A DNA stretch of 62,898 nucleotides, the filler included, from Globobulimina sp. (Eukaryota): assembly GCA_003354225.1 (NCBI GenBank). It is 29 parts of 29 records of this genome, joined end to end, with 100 filler letters (N's around TTAATTAATTAA, not from the genome) between each part and the next. Parts side by side here need not be neighbours in the genome. Positions count along the whole stretch, not along the records: positions 1 to 2,074 come from PIVH01009221.1; positions 2,175 to 4,247 come from PIVH01009222.1; positions 4,348 to 6,420 come from PIVH01009223.1; positions 6,521 to 8,593 come from PIVH01009224.1; positions 8,694 to 10,766 come from PIVH01009225.1; positions 10,867 to 12,939 come from PIVH01009226.1; 23 more parts are not named here. One strand, written 5' to 3'. Positions 1-11,518 of the stretch are shown here, in pieces. Positions within the stretch are counted from its first letter, which is position 1, and each line of letters starts with the position of its first letter. The notes under the pieces were generated by a model. It ran no database searches and was not told where the DNA came from. It saw only the letters and a program-made list of their open reading frames with translations. The position numbers were made by a program, and so were the translations under genes.

Positions 1-266
1 ATCTGTAAAAAACTGTAAATTCAAAGAGTTTACAGTAAAAACAGTAATTTCAAACTGAAAAGCAAAAAGTTAAATGTTACCTTTAACATTTTATTATTAA
101 CCTATTTTCCTTCCCGAAATTCATAAATGAGAATCATATTTAGGATCGCCAATCTAAAAGACAAGTGTAGACATTGGAGACATGAAATGTAACGGTCTCG
201 AAAACCACTTAGTTGGACATATACAAAAACTTTCCCTCACTTGCCTGGTAGTACCCTTGTCTGAAC

Positions 267-2074
267 ATGGCAACTATGCAAGAATATATTTTAGACAATC
301 AAATTCAAGTCAATACCGCGACCAAGAGCGGTCCGATCGATTTTGATCTGAACGCAACGGAAGATCCACAGCAAACACCCACGGGATCGCCGAATGAATG
401 CAATGACAAATCCAGCCAGAAATCCGCCATCGATAAAACGGCGACGCAAATTGCAGCCGTTGAATTCACGTTCGATGACTATGACATTTCAATGAGCGAG
501 CAAGAGGAAGAAGAGATTGACGGCACCATTAATGACGAGGAACAGGCAGTTGGTGCATTTCCATTCAGTAAGCGCATCGCAAAACAAGTGGCAACCGATG
601 ACTGTACGCAAATTCGCAGCAAACAAATTGTTGTGACGGAAGCGCCCGATGCGGAGGTAACAGCGGTTGATCAAAATGATGCGGTGATCAGCCAGACAGT
701 GCCACAGAATGGGGATAATGGGAAAGTTGAAGAAAATTCATCCGATAATGCGGCGGACGAAAATAATCAATTTATTGAAGCATTTGTCCACAACGCCGGT
801 GGCAAACTCATCCAACGAATACAATTAAGTGCCGATTTTTAGCTGACAGTGTCGCTGAGCAGAAGCAAAGGTTGGCGCGACAGCAGAGTCCAAGTGCGAC
901 CCCGCTCACAAAAATCAAAGACCAAATTATGCAAATCCAAATCGAAAATCAGAATAAACGGCAGAAGTTGGCTCCTGCCGCAGAGTTAAGTCCATCAGTC
1001 AACAAAAAGAATATTCCCTTCACAGAAGTCCGCGAGAAATATAGAAAGCGCGCGTTTGCGAATTTGCGCACACGCCGCACTATCAAAACGAAAGCAACGT
1101 TGTGCAAGTCGCCCCACAATCTATTACTCGATGATTATACAATGGTCCCGAACCCAGTCCTCCTTCATGGCCCAGGCATCATAGCCATGGGCTTCCTCCA
1201 TGGCAAGCAATGGTTGAAATTGGCGTCCATTGACATGGATGTTAATGACATTAGATCATTCATGACACGTACAACTGGTGAGCTCGTAGCAGGATGGGGC
1301 AAACTCACTTTCTTCCCTTTCACATCGAATGGAGGCGTCATTTCATTGCTCGAGGGTTATGACTTGGCAGTCGGCGATGAATTGGAGGGAGCAATGTCTT
1401 TCAAAGGCCAACTCATCAAAGTCAAACTCCTCCCGCCGGAATACAAATGGCCGGATGTAACTGTCCAATTACAATCCAAGCCCGGCAGAAAAGTGGCGAT
1501 CCGCGATATCCCCGATGAACAGTTGAAGGCGGAACTTGCCGAGATGATCAATAACAAAATACGACTCACAATACGCGGTGCAGCCTGCGTTATGCGTAAC
1601 CTTTACGGTGATTATTCCACGGACATTGATTTGGGCGGCGTGTTGGCCATGTATCAAGTGCCCAGCACCAACGATGATGAATTTGTTATCCCCATGAACT
1701 CACATGCACCGAGCGATGCGTTAGTAAATGCCACTGCGATCTGGGAGTATACCCATGACAAGAAATTGCGCGATGACCACTTCTCCCATCCTTCGCGCCC
1801 AATCCCCTTCGATCATCAACTCAAAATCGAACGAATGTGTGCAAATTTATTGATTTCCCCTGCCAATATACAGATGGATCGATGGCATGATTCGAACAAA
1901 GGCGATTGTGACCGAAATGTCCGCATCGTCACCATTGCCAACGTGAACAAGTTCTTCCTCGTTGGCATCAATCCGACTGACACCCACAGCTTCAGCCATG
2001 ACATTCATACAATGATGCATTCCAATACAATTAAATTGACAGCGGGACCCGTAAATATCACTGAAACGTCACCC
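267..2074 (+). CDS. Hypothetical protein, 3' partial; two frames probably joined by a 44-nt intron (799-842)
   Basis: ORF 267-842 and ORF 872-> overlap in different frames. A GT(799)...TTTTTAG(842) intron joins them in phase. No family recognised. Confidence 0.5.
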
Positions 2075-2174
2075 NNNNNNNNNNNNNNNNNNNNNNNNNN
2101 NNNNNNNNNNNNNNNNNNTTAATTAATTAANNNNNNNNNNNNNNNNNNNNNNNNNNNNNNNNNNNNNNNNNNNN
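2075..2174. other. Artificial contig linker (N44-TTAATTAATTAA-N44, stops in all six frames); first of 28
   Basis: Identical 100-nt linkers recur every ~2.17 kb. Contigs: 1-2074, 2175-4247, 4348-6420, 6521-8593, 8694-10766, 10867-12939, 13040-15112, 15213-17285, 17386-19458, 19559-21631, 21732-23804, 23905-25977, 26078-28150, 28251-30323, 30424-32495, 32596-34667, 34768-36839, 36940-39011, 39112-41183, 41284-43355, 43456-45527, 45628-47699, 47800-49871, 49972-52043, 52144-54214, 54315-56385, 56486-58556, 58657-60727, 60828-62898. Confidence 0.99.
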
Positions 2175-3523
2175 TACTCTTGAATATGCAAAAGAGGCAA
2201 CAATAACAACACCACAACCAATCAATCCCATTGGCGTTGTTGGATTTTGAAATACGTACAATGCGATAACAGTTTGTGCAGCAGCTTTAGCCGTACCAGA
2301 AACGTTATGTGTCAACGGTGATGTAAATTTAATTTGAATATATGATGCAAAATTAATTAAAAATCCAAATATTCCCGCTAGCAATGTTATTCCCCAAAAT
2401 AGTGTTTGCCGATACGCATATTGACTCACCGATAACTCAATCACTTCATCCTATACATAATACATCATAACATATACACACATATAGTAAACACAAAAAC
2501 ACATAATTAAAAAAGGGAACTTAACAGTAAACAATACAATAAATATAGGTAATACAAATACAGCATTCATGTTATTATAAATCATCAACTTCTCCGCGTT
2601 ATCATCGACCACTGGTAATATCTTCTTCACATAAATAGCATTCAACGCCACAAACACAGACGACAATAAACCAAAACTAACACCGAACCAATCAAATCTA
2701 ACCTCTCCATCACATCCCATTAAATATCCAATTACTATAATTACACAACATACAATCGATGATCTATTGGTTGTTCGTCCTAATAATAAATACGTAAACA
2801 TGATATTGATGACAATAGTCATAGATCGTGCGACTTGATAGAAGGAGATCTCCACATATTTTAAACATAAATTATTGAATACAATCATGCCTAAAAACAC
2901 AATGGTTAACGGCATTACTTTGCGAGCTATGGCTAACTATATAAACATACACATATAATATGATGTGTTATTTACAAATTGTAATATAAATATACTCAAC
3001 TTTATACTCAAAAGTTGGAAAGAAGGCGAATGGTTTAAAAAAGCGACCGATTTGCCCTAATATAGCACAACAAATGACTGTGATGAGAAACTGTGTCCAA
3101 CTCATAAATAATGGCGCATCTAAATTGATGATATCACCGACCATTACAAACTTATTCAAGAATACCAATGACAATGAGGTTACCCTTTAATATGTTTTAC
3201 AGAATGAATATCTATGTGCAAGGATAAGAGAATAAATTCACATACCAATAAAAGGCAACAGCAATCATTTTTTGTTGTGATGTTTTTATTTTTTTAGGTG
3301 GTGGTGGCGGCGCATCTTGACCTTTAATAAATGGTTCGGATTCTAGGTTATCATCCAAATCAACCGTGACTTGGGTTAATTCTTCCTCGACCAAATCACC
3401 AGATTGTGTTGTATTTGGCGGATAATCCGGATATGCATTGCCTGCATCTTTCCTTCGCGAAGTGAATGGGAGATCCTCGTTCTTTTTATTCATGTCTATA
3501 TTTTCGCTAAAAAAGATTTTCAT
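2175..3523 (-). CDS. GDP-fucose transporter (SLC35C1-like), 4 exons, 3' partial
   Basis: Motifs SLVFLNK, DAPLFMSW, FNNLCLKYVEISFYQVARS, QIKFTSPLTHNVSGTAKAAAQT. Three short GT-AG introns restore the frame (e.g. 3185-3245). Start may be ATG 3493. Confidence 0.9.
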
Positions 3524-3570
3524 TTTATATCATTTTGCTACATCGCCGCCAAACATCAACAGCTGTCATA

Positions 3571-4247
3571 ATGAAACTCTTTGACAACAGCGGACAATCA
3601 TTTTCTAATAACACTAACCACAACAAACACAAACCAATCACACGTATCAACACCAAAAACAATAATCAAAATACGAATAGCTTATTATATCGTGTCCAAT
3701 CCTCACAAAATGAAACCCATCAAAATGGAACACAAAACATTGAATTATTCCTACGCCATCGTAGCGAGACATATTTATCTAATTTTGATTACGAAACTGC
3801 GTTATTTTACGCAGAGCGATTATTATCCTCCGCAGACAATCTATACAATCGATTATTAGTCGCAAAATGTTACCATTCATTAACGAAATACAACCGAGCA
3901 TATCATGTGTTACATACCATTGTCCGTCAAACGCAAACATCATATCAACGCCATTTAGAAGCACGAATCAAAAATGAAAATGCAAATAAATTAAATGTAC
4001 AACATATGAGACACTCGGAACATGAGATACGAAATCAAAATGACATCTCATTCGATGTGGATCCCTTAACCCCAAACGGCAGTAATCCAAATAATATGTC
4101 TGACATTGGATTTGCATTTCCAACCACTACGAATAAAAACGACCGTAACAGCAATAATAATACGTGTACAGAAGCATTCGGAGCATCATTTTTCAAGACA
4201 CCAATAAATATGAAGGAAAATATGAGTATGGATATGAGTATGAATGT
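3571..4247 (+). CDS. Anaphase-promoting complex TPR subunit (CDC27/APC3-like), N-terminal part
   Basis: YETALFYAERL...LLVAKCY....YNRAYHVL matches the ANAPC3 N-terminal TPR domain, followed by a low-complexity linker. Confidence 0.7.
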
Positions 4248-4809
4248 NNNNNNNNNNNNNNNNNNNNNNNNNNNNNNNNNNNNNNNNNNNNTTAATTAAT
4301 TAANNNNNNNNNNNNNNNNNNNNNNNNNNNNNNNNNNNNNNNNNNNNCAATCAGTGTTTCAATCACAACACAAAACCACAATCTCACATAATGTCTGGTT
4401 CAGCATTGAATCAATTAAGAGAATTAATGCAAATGATCGATGAATTCGAACTTAACATCAAAAATAAGCAAAAACAAATCTGAACCAGAACAAAAATATC
4501 CGCCTCACATATTACCCAAACAAAAAAAAACAGAGTCGATGCAGCATTTCTGCCAAAACTACCAAAATGCCATAAAGCATATTCTTGGACCTATTCAAAT
4601 GTTTACATTCCAGCCCAAGAAAAAAAAGAAAAACCCCCAAAAACACAAGCACCAAAACAAAAGAAAAAGGGCATAAACGGCGAATTCCCGCAAAAAATGC
4701 TAAAAGTCGGCGATGTCGATGACAGCAAACAGTTCAGTGAATGAAACGGGATATATCGTTGAAATAAAATAATAAAATATAAAATTATTAAATAAATAGG
4801 TAAAATTAA

Positions 4810-6219
4810 TTAACATTTAGTTTGGTTGCAATTGGATTCATTGGAAATAAAGCATTGAATGGAATCATCAAATGATTGGGTCCATGGAGTGTGGAATTTA
4901 ATTGCTTTAATCCCATTAACCTTTGATTTAAAACATGAATCACGATATGATAAAATATTTGAATGTTTGTCATGTTCCCATCCTGCAAATAATTGGCGAC
5001 AGTCCAATTTATTGACATCATCAGTATAATCCAATGGATATTTCATGTTTTCATATAAATCTTTAACATAATTTGTTTGAAATAAAATACGTTCGCAATC
5101 ATTATTTGTTTCATTTTTTTGAATTATTCTCCATTTTAAAATGTCCTGTTTCATTTGTTCTTTATTTGGCAATTTGACATTTTTTAAAATAATATCTTTG
5201 GTTAAATGCGACTGCAAATCGAACATTGTAAAGGTATACCACTGATCTTGCATTCCTAAATAAAAAATATTCGGATTCTGTACAAATACCACACCTTTAA
5301 ATAATGCATCCGGATATAATACGTTTTTTGTTTTTAATTTTAAATTTTCGGCTAAAAATGGAAATGAATGTTTGTAGCCCGTACATAAGATAATTGAATC
5401 AATATTTTGCACGCAATTTCCATCAATAAACCGTGCTGTATTGCCGTCAATAATTTCTTTCAATAATGGCAGCTCTGTGATGCCTTTCGGCCAATTAAAG
5501 TTCATTGCCGATGTACGATACGAAATTGTCACGCTTTTTGCCCCAAATTTCCAACATTGTAAACCAATGTCCTCGGCAGAATACGATGAACCAATAATAA
5601 GCACATTTTGACCAGAAAATGATTTTGCATTTCTAAAATCGTGCGAATGAAGAATACGGCCAGTAAACGCATCAAATCCTGCAAATGAAACAACATTTGG
5701 TGTACTAAAATGGCCGCATGCTACAACACAATGAGTGAATACTTCTGTTTCGCAAATATCTGTTTTTAAATCTTTGTGTTTGATCTCAAAATCCGAATTC
5801 ATTTCTTCTACACTCAATACTTTGTGTGATAATTTCATCTCAAATTCAATATGTTTGTTGTTTAATATTTCTTTGACTCTGCCTAAAATATAATCTTTTA
5901 ATACTCTGCGCGGAGGGAATGAGCCAACATTTTTACCGAAATGTTGCTGAAATGGATAGTCTAACATTTCCAAGCATTCTTTCGGACCATTTGACCATAA
6001 ATGTGTGTACATACTGCCATGCACTTTGTTTCCGTACTCATTTGTTCCTGTTTTCCACGAATAATTCCATAAACCACCCACTTCTTTTTCCTGTTCGAAG
6101 CAAACAATTTTAAATCTTATTTCTTTTGACTCTCTTCTTAATCTTTCAATTTCTTTGTCAAATGCATGCAATAATGACAAACCGCATGGACCCAAACCAA
6201 TCAATGCTACCGATATCAT
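4810..6219 (-). CDS. Flavin-containing monooxygenase, bacterial trimethylamine monooxygenase (Tmm/mFMO) type
   Basis: GxGxxG (IGLGPCG), GGLWNY, SMY.HLWSNGPKECLE, FMO motif FTGRILHSHDF, GSSYSAEDIG, GMQDQWYTF.MFD, HTPW...DDS. Complete and intronless. Confidence 0.93.
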   Translation of the reverse strand: MISVALIGLGPCGLSLLHAFDKEIERLRRESKEIRFKIVCFEQEKEVGGLWNYSWKTGTNEYGNKVHGSMYTHLWSNGPKECLEMLDYPFQQHFGKNVGSFPPRRVLKDYILGRVKEILNNKHIEFEMKLSHKVLSVEEMNSDFEIKHKDLKTDICETEVFTHCVVACGHFSTPNVVSFAGFDAFTGRILHSHDFRNAKSFSGQNVLIIGSSYSAEDIGLQCWKFGAKSVTISYRTSAMNFNWPKGITELPLLKEIIDGNTARFIDGNCVQNIDSIILCTGYKHSFPFLAENLKLKTKNVLYPDALFKGVVFVQNPNIFYLGMQDQWYTFTMFDLQSHLTKDIILKNVKLPNKEQMKQDILKWRIIQKNETNNDCERILFQTNYVKDLYENMKYPLDYTDDVNKLDCRQLFAGWEHDKHSNILSYRDSCFKSKVNGIKAIKFHTPWTQSFDDSIQCFISNESNCNQTKC

Positions 6220-6520
6220 ATTAAATTGTTTCAAGTTATAAACAAATCGATTGAAACAATAAAAATAAGTAAAAATATAAAGTAAAAAAAAGGAGAATTA
6301 AAAATGTGTCCACTTATTATGAGTACAAAAAGTCTCATAATCAATATTTGATGCTTGCAGCTGCACATTGCATTTTTCATATATTCCAATTCAGATTCAT
6401 TTCCATAATCTGAAACACACNNNNNNNNNNNNNNNNNNNNNNNNNNNNNNNNNNNNNNNNNNNNTTAATTAATTAANNNNNNNNNNNNNNNNNNNNNNNN
6501 NNNNNNNNNNNNNNNNNNNN

Positions 6521-8338
6521 TGCCACATTTGTTATTTTCTCCACCAACTCCGGCGCCTTCGAATCCATTATACTAGTAATTGGGATCTGTGTCGAATGTC
6601 TCATGAGTTTGTTTTTAGATCTCACATCGCCTAGTCCGCCTAGATTAGCTGGGATAGAAAATGACCGAATATGTTTCTCCGCCATTTCCAGCCCTTCTGA
6701 CGGCTGTATTGACACATTTGACTGTGCTGAATATATTGACCGTGCTGAATGTATTGACGTCTGTGGTGAATGTATTGACTGTGGTGAATTCAATCCAATT
6801 TCTGTTTTGCGACTATTACGTTCTGTAACTTCTGTTCTGTAACTGCTCATAAGCTCCATTTTAGATTCAGAGAGTGCTTGTTTAGCTTTCACAGGATATA
6901 AAACATGCATTAAACGCTGATATTGTTGCGTTGATTTGAATCGAATATATGAATCGGTTTTAATCAAATTCCATATTTCTTTGTAAACCGCATCAAATAA
7001 AGTGAATAAATTAGCTGCTACCTGTGCATGTATATCAGTATCAGTTGCAGCTAAATGCTTAAAACAACGATAAATATCACGCCGATTTGCGGATGATATA
7101 TTAATTGATAAATCTGCGGATGAATCTATATATTTGTCATAGAGATATAATGCAATTTTGTATGGGGAATAAACATTCATTCTCTCATCAATCGGCATCC
7201 AGTCAACATTCAATATCGTTGACACTGTAAAAATCAGGTTTGCCTCATTCCAAACGGAGTTACAAACATCAGGGATATTTTTTGTTAACTCTGTGTATTT
7301 CTGATATACTTTTGCTTTAAATTGACATACTTCAATGAGAAATAAAATAGATTCTAAACCATATTCATTCGCCAAATGATGACAAAATGCTTCAACCCCT
7401 GCTCGATGATTGAGCACCGCATCAAATTTAATACGTTGTTTTGTAACAAATATTTTTAAAAATGATTGCCTTCCTTTGGGTGATATTTTTGATATGGCTT
7501 CCATTATAAATTTATTTCGTACCCAGTATATATTATAAATTACGCATAAATTAGCAAAAGAGAGAAATAATATTTCTGCGAACAGTGCAATTTCAGAGTA
7601 TTTGCAGCATAATAAGACAATGTATACAATATGCGATGCGACATACAATAATCCGGCGGTTTTAATCCCATATAATAACTCTGTTCGAACATGATATGAA
7701 CCTGTAACCGTTGACATTTTATTGCAAATTAAATGGTATGTTACCGATACTAATACAGTCAGCATAATTGTATACACTATGCGATAGGGAACAGTATGAT
7801 ATCGATCTAAATCTGACAATAATAAAAAAACAGCGTATAGCGGACAAATAACGAAAATGTAAAATATAGTTATCATTAAATGACGATTGGATGAAAGCGT
7901 ATCACGATATTTTATCAATAAATTTGTTTCACATTCTTTTGAATTTATTTCCCTTCTCCAAAGCCAATTGCTTAATGTGTCACTAAAATATCTATCAAAA
8001 CAAAGTACCCACGCTCGCATAAAAAATAATACATAGAGTAAATGGTTACCAATGTCATTAATAAATATAGGTAAACGTATATCAGAGTTACTATTTAACA
8101 AAATTAAGGATAAAGGATTTAATACGTACAATACGAATAAAAATAGCGAAATGTATAATAAATGTAGTTTTGAATATCTTGCTTGGAAGAATGGATTATT
8201 ATTATTTATACAGAAGCATTGAATCAATTTGATAGTTTGTGGTACAATGAAGATTCCAGAGCAATAAATTAGTACAATGGAAATAATGCATGGATAAAAT
8301 GTGGGTTTAGAAGATAGAGAGATTAGTACGCCTGCCAT
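6521..8338 (-). CDS. 7TM-RGS protein (multi-pass membrane N-terminus plus RGS domain), 3' partial
   Basis: About 7 hydrophobic segments, then RGS motifs F..HL..EY..ESILFL.EV..FK, LYDKYI.....INIS, LFD....EIW.LI..DSY.RF. Confidence 0.88.
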
Positions 8339-8813
8339 TGTGGAGATATAACTAAACTTTGGGAACGATCATTTTTGAACCCAAAAGTATCAGCTCCTTT
8401 GGTTGAAAAAATAAAAGTGTTATTGAATTAGTCATCTATTAACACATCATTCGTATACAGTGAATAATTTAATATATAATTTATTTACATAAACAATGAC
8501 ACAGCGACCAAAAAGATACAAAACATATCGCAGTAACAACAAAAGAAACTAACACAAACATAATACTCACATCAATATTGAATTTGAAATAATNNNNNNN
8601 NNNNNNNNNNNNNNNNNNNNNNNNNNNNNNNNNNNNNTTAATTAATTAANNNNNNNNNNNNNNNNNNNNNNNNNNNNNNNNNNNNNNNNNNNNAATATAT
8701 TTTACAAGACGATGCCATTATACATTTTTAAAGTTAGAATTGAGGGAGAGTTTAAGTTTTTTTGTTTTTTGTGGTCTTTTCAAATCATTGCGACGAATAC
8801 GTGAACAAGAAAC

Positions 8814-9361
8814 ATGTATCAACAAGGATTAGTAAGCAATGACGAAACCCTCCAGAACTTTCTCACCAATCAGGAGTATATGGTATAATAATATGATATA
8901 TGTATACAACTTGGAAACAATATATAGCAACTCCTACATAATTAAATATACATAATACTGTGCAGCCAAATCCACCAACAGACAAAAGAGATGTGATTGC
9001 TTTTCGAAAATGGAACGCAGCGAGTTGGGTGAGACCAATGTATTTTTTATCATTATTAATCATGGCATGTGTATTGATAGTAAACTTTATTAGCTTTGTA
9101 GATACCGGAAGTGGAGGGATTATATTTTTTGGTGTTGTAGTAATTGTATTGTGTTGTGGAGCATGTCTTATATTTCATCGTATTGTATATGAGTTAGTGA
9201 TGGCATTTTTGCAAATACCAAAATTAATTGCTTCTATGGAAAGATTAGCCGATACTGTGGATAGGACAACAACTCAGAACAATGGACCCCAAGTACCAAT
9301 CATGACCACTGTCACCACTGGATATCAAACAGGATATCAAGGGAATCAACATCATGAATAA
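8814..9361 (+). CDS. Small membrane protein, DUF4282-like (paralog A); intron 8883-8965
   Basis: Spliced product MYQQ...NQEYM|PNPP...FRKWNAASWVRPMY...RIVYELVMAFLQIP; two TM helices; aligns with the convergent paralog. Confidence 0.65.
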
Positions 9362-9464
9362 ATGAATTAAGTGTATGGCCAGGCCATGTCAATTATATAT
9401 AGTGTATTAATTATAAAATTACAATTGAGTTACAAAAACACTTAGAAATTATCCTTGCACAACG

Positions 9465-9888
9465 TTATATTGGTAAAGAACCGTCGTCCGATTTTAACTC
9501 CAAATCTTGTCTCATTGCAGATTCAAGCTTGTCGACAGCAAATATCAAACGTGGTATTTGCAAGCATGCCATCACCGCCTCACAAAATATTCTTGCATAC
9601 AATACATAGCTTACACAAAATAAAAGTATTGCAATGACACCAAAAAAGATGTAAGCTCCATTATCACTATATCCTACATAAATTAATGCCAAAATACATC
9701 CAAAAAAAACTGTGATCAATGACAAATAAAACATTACACGAACCTATTATTTTGTTAATTCTTGTGATAACATATATTGTGAGTGTATATTCATTACATA
9801 CCCATCCAGATGCAGCCCATGCTCTGAATACCAATAATTCTTTAACATCTACAGCTACTTGCGGCATAAATTCCTCATTTCCTGCCAT
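9465..9888 (-). CDS. Small membrane protein, DUF4282-like (paralog B); intron 9744-9801
   Basis: MAGNEEFMPQ...FRAWAASGW|VRVMFY...RIFCEAVMACLQIP. GTATGT...TAG intron restores the frame. Confidence 0.65.
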
Positions 9889-10027
9889 ATTTTGAGCTAC
9901 GCTTGTTTAAAGATTTTATTTTAGCGAGTTTTTTTTTCGAAGCAAGCGGATTAGTATTTTAAATTACCGTCAATATATTTCCATTAATTTAGCACTTTTT
10001 AAACTCCTAAACTAAAAAGACAGCTTA

Positions 10028-10766
10028 ATGTCAAAGACTAACCAGTTCCCCAACAGATATGAAATGAAATGTTCAGGATGTTCATTTATTTGCGCTCAAC
10101 TTTTAATATTAGTTGCAGTATTTCTGTATTCCATTGATTATGATGTATATTCCGTTAACACTGAAGAAGAAGCACTCACACTCCACAATTTATTGTCATC
10201 AAAAGAATATCGAAGCAGAATGGAGATTGCTGCATCTACCATATGGTTATCATTCCCGTTTCTATTAATTGCATTATTTGGCATAAAGAAACTAATGCTA
10301 TCACTGTACGCAGGGACGAATGGTGAAACGTTTCTATTCACTGCAGTCCAATCATACATTGTATTTATTACAATAAACTGTATTTATATGCCAGCCATTA
10401 TTCTTACAACGAGTGGCTTTCATAAATATATACACCAGAATTCGAATTCGAACCAGATTGAGTTTTTATTCCCACTGGTTATTATATACAATTATATCTT
10501 GTTATATTGTATGGCCGTCGTTGATGCAGTATTTATGATCTCATTGCTTATTTTACCACGCTTCATATTAAAGGATACGGCAAAATTTAAGGTACAGTAT
10601 ACGTGGTTTCTATATAAAAAATCGTCATATCAACTTTTTAAAATCATTTTTTTTTGCACTGAAAAGAAACTTAAATCTGTAATGGATCCATCTTTGCCAA
10701 ATTGTTTAAAAAATATGCAATGTTTGATGAAATTTTATAATATTACAATAATTGCATTTGTGTTAA
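10028..10766 (+). CDS. Hypothetical multi-pass membrane protein, 3' partial
   Basis: Long ORF with several hydrophobic helices; no family recognised. Confidence 0.5.
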
Positions 10767-10920
10767 NNNNNNNNNNNNNNNNNNNNNNNNNNNNNNNNNN
10801 NNNNNNNNNNTTAATTAATTAANNNNNNNNNNNNNNNNNNNNNNNNNNNNNNNNNNNNNNNNNNNNATAAAGCGATGACATTGACAATCAATGGTGAAAT
10901 TTATTTTTCATTTATATATG

Positions 10921-11518
10921 CTGGCGCGCGAGGATATTATAACTTATTTTCATCCACTTATTGTAGTTTTCATTTATACACTGGCGCGCGTACGTGCGCG
11001 CGGATATTATAACTTATTAGTTTCTTCTGACGAGGTCCTGCTAATAAGTTATGAGAGAAATTTATGGCGCGCGCTTGTAAATAATTTCCAAGGTTGTGTT
11101 TGTCCATTTTCTATGTGTGTCCCACACTCCTGTTGAGCCGGCGGAACCTAGGGGTGTAATGGCCTTGGACGCCGGTATTATCATGCCAGAGAGTGTGGGA
11201 TATGTCGTTGCTCCAAAATGCCAATTGGTGTCTCTTCAATTGGAGAGAAGGCATTTTCATGTTGTGAATTTGCGATTTGTGAATGTTGCCCACACCAACA
11301 ATGTCGGTAGGTTGGCACTTGTTGATGGGCTTTCAATGTTTCCTTCACAGGATGTGTCCTTTGTCTTTTGCCCATGCCAGTGGGATGTAATTTACTTGCA
11401 CTGCTGTTGGGTTTCTATGTTTGTGTTTTGTCTCTAAGTGTTTTGTCTTGACCTTGGAAAAGTCGTTGGCGTGCGCGAGGGACTTATTATTTTCATCTGA
11501 CGAGATCCTAATAATAAG
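10921..11518 (+). repeat. Dispersed repeat GGCGYGCG...ACTTATT...TTTC(A/T)TCTGACGAG; copies at ~10921 (degenerate), ~10981-11052 and ~11468-11518
   Basis: Two 38-nt copies exactly 470 nt apart, each a hairpin with CTGACGA in the loop. The closing pair changes compensatorily from G-C to T-A. Confidence 0.8.

Noticed and set aside
4810-6234. Alternative (ciliate-type) genetic code in the host
   Set aside because: Complete genes end at TAA, TAG or TGA where expected, and in-gene stops fall inside GT-AG introns.
11096-11437. Protein-coding ORFs between the ribozyme halves
   Set aside because: Short overlapping ORFs on both strands, most with non-ATG starts and no recognisable motif.
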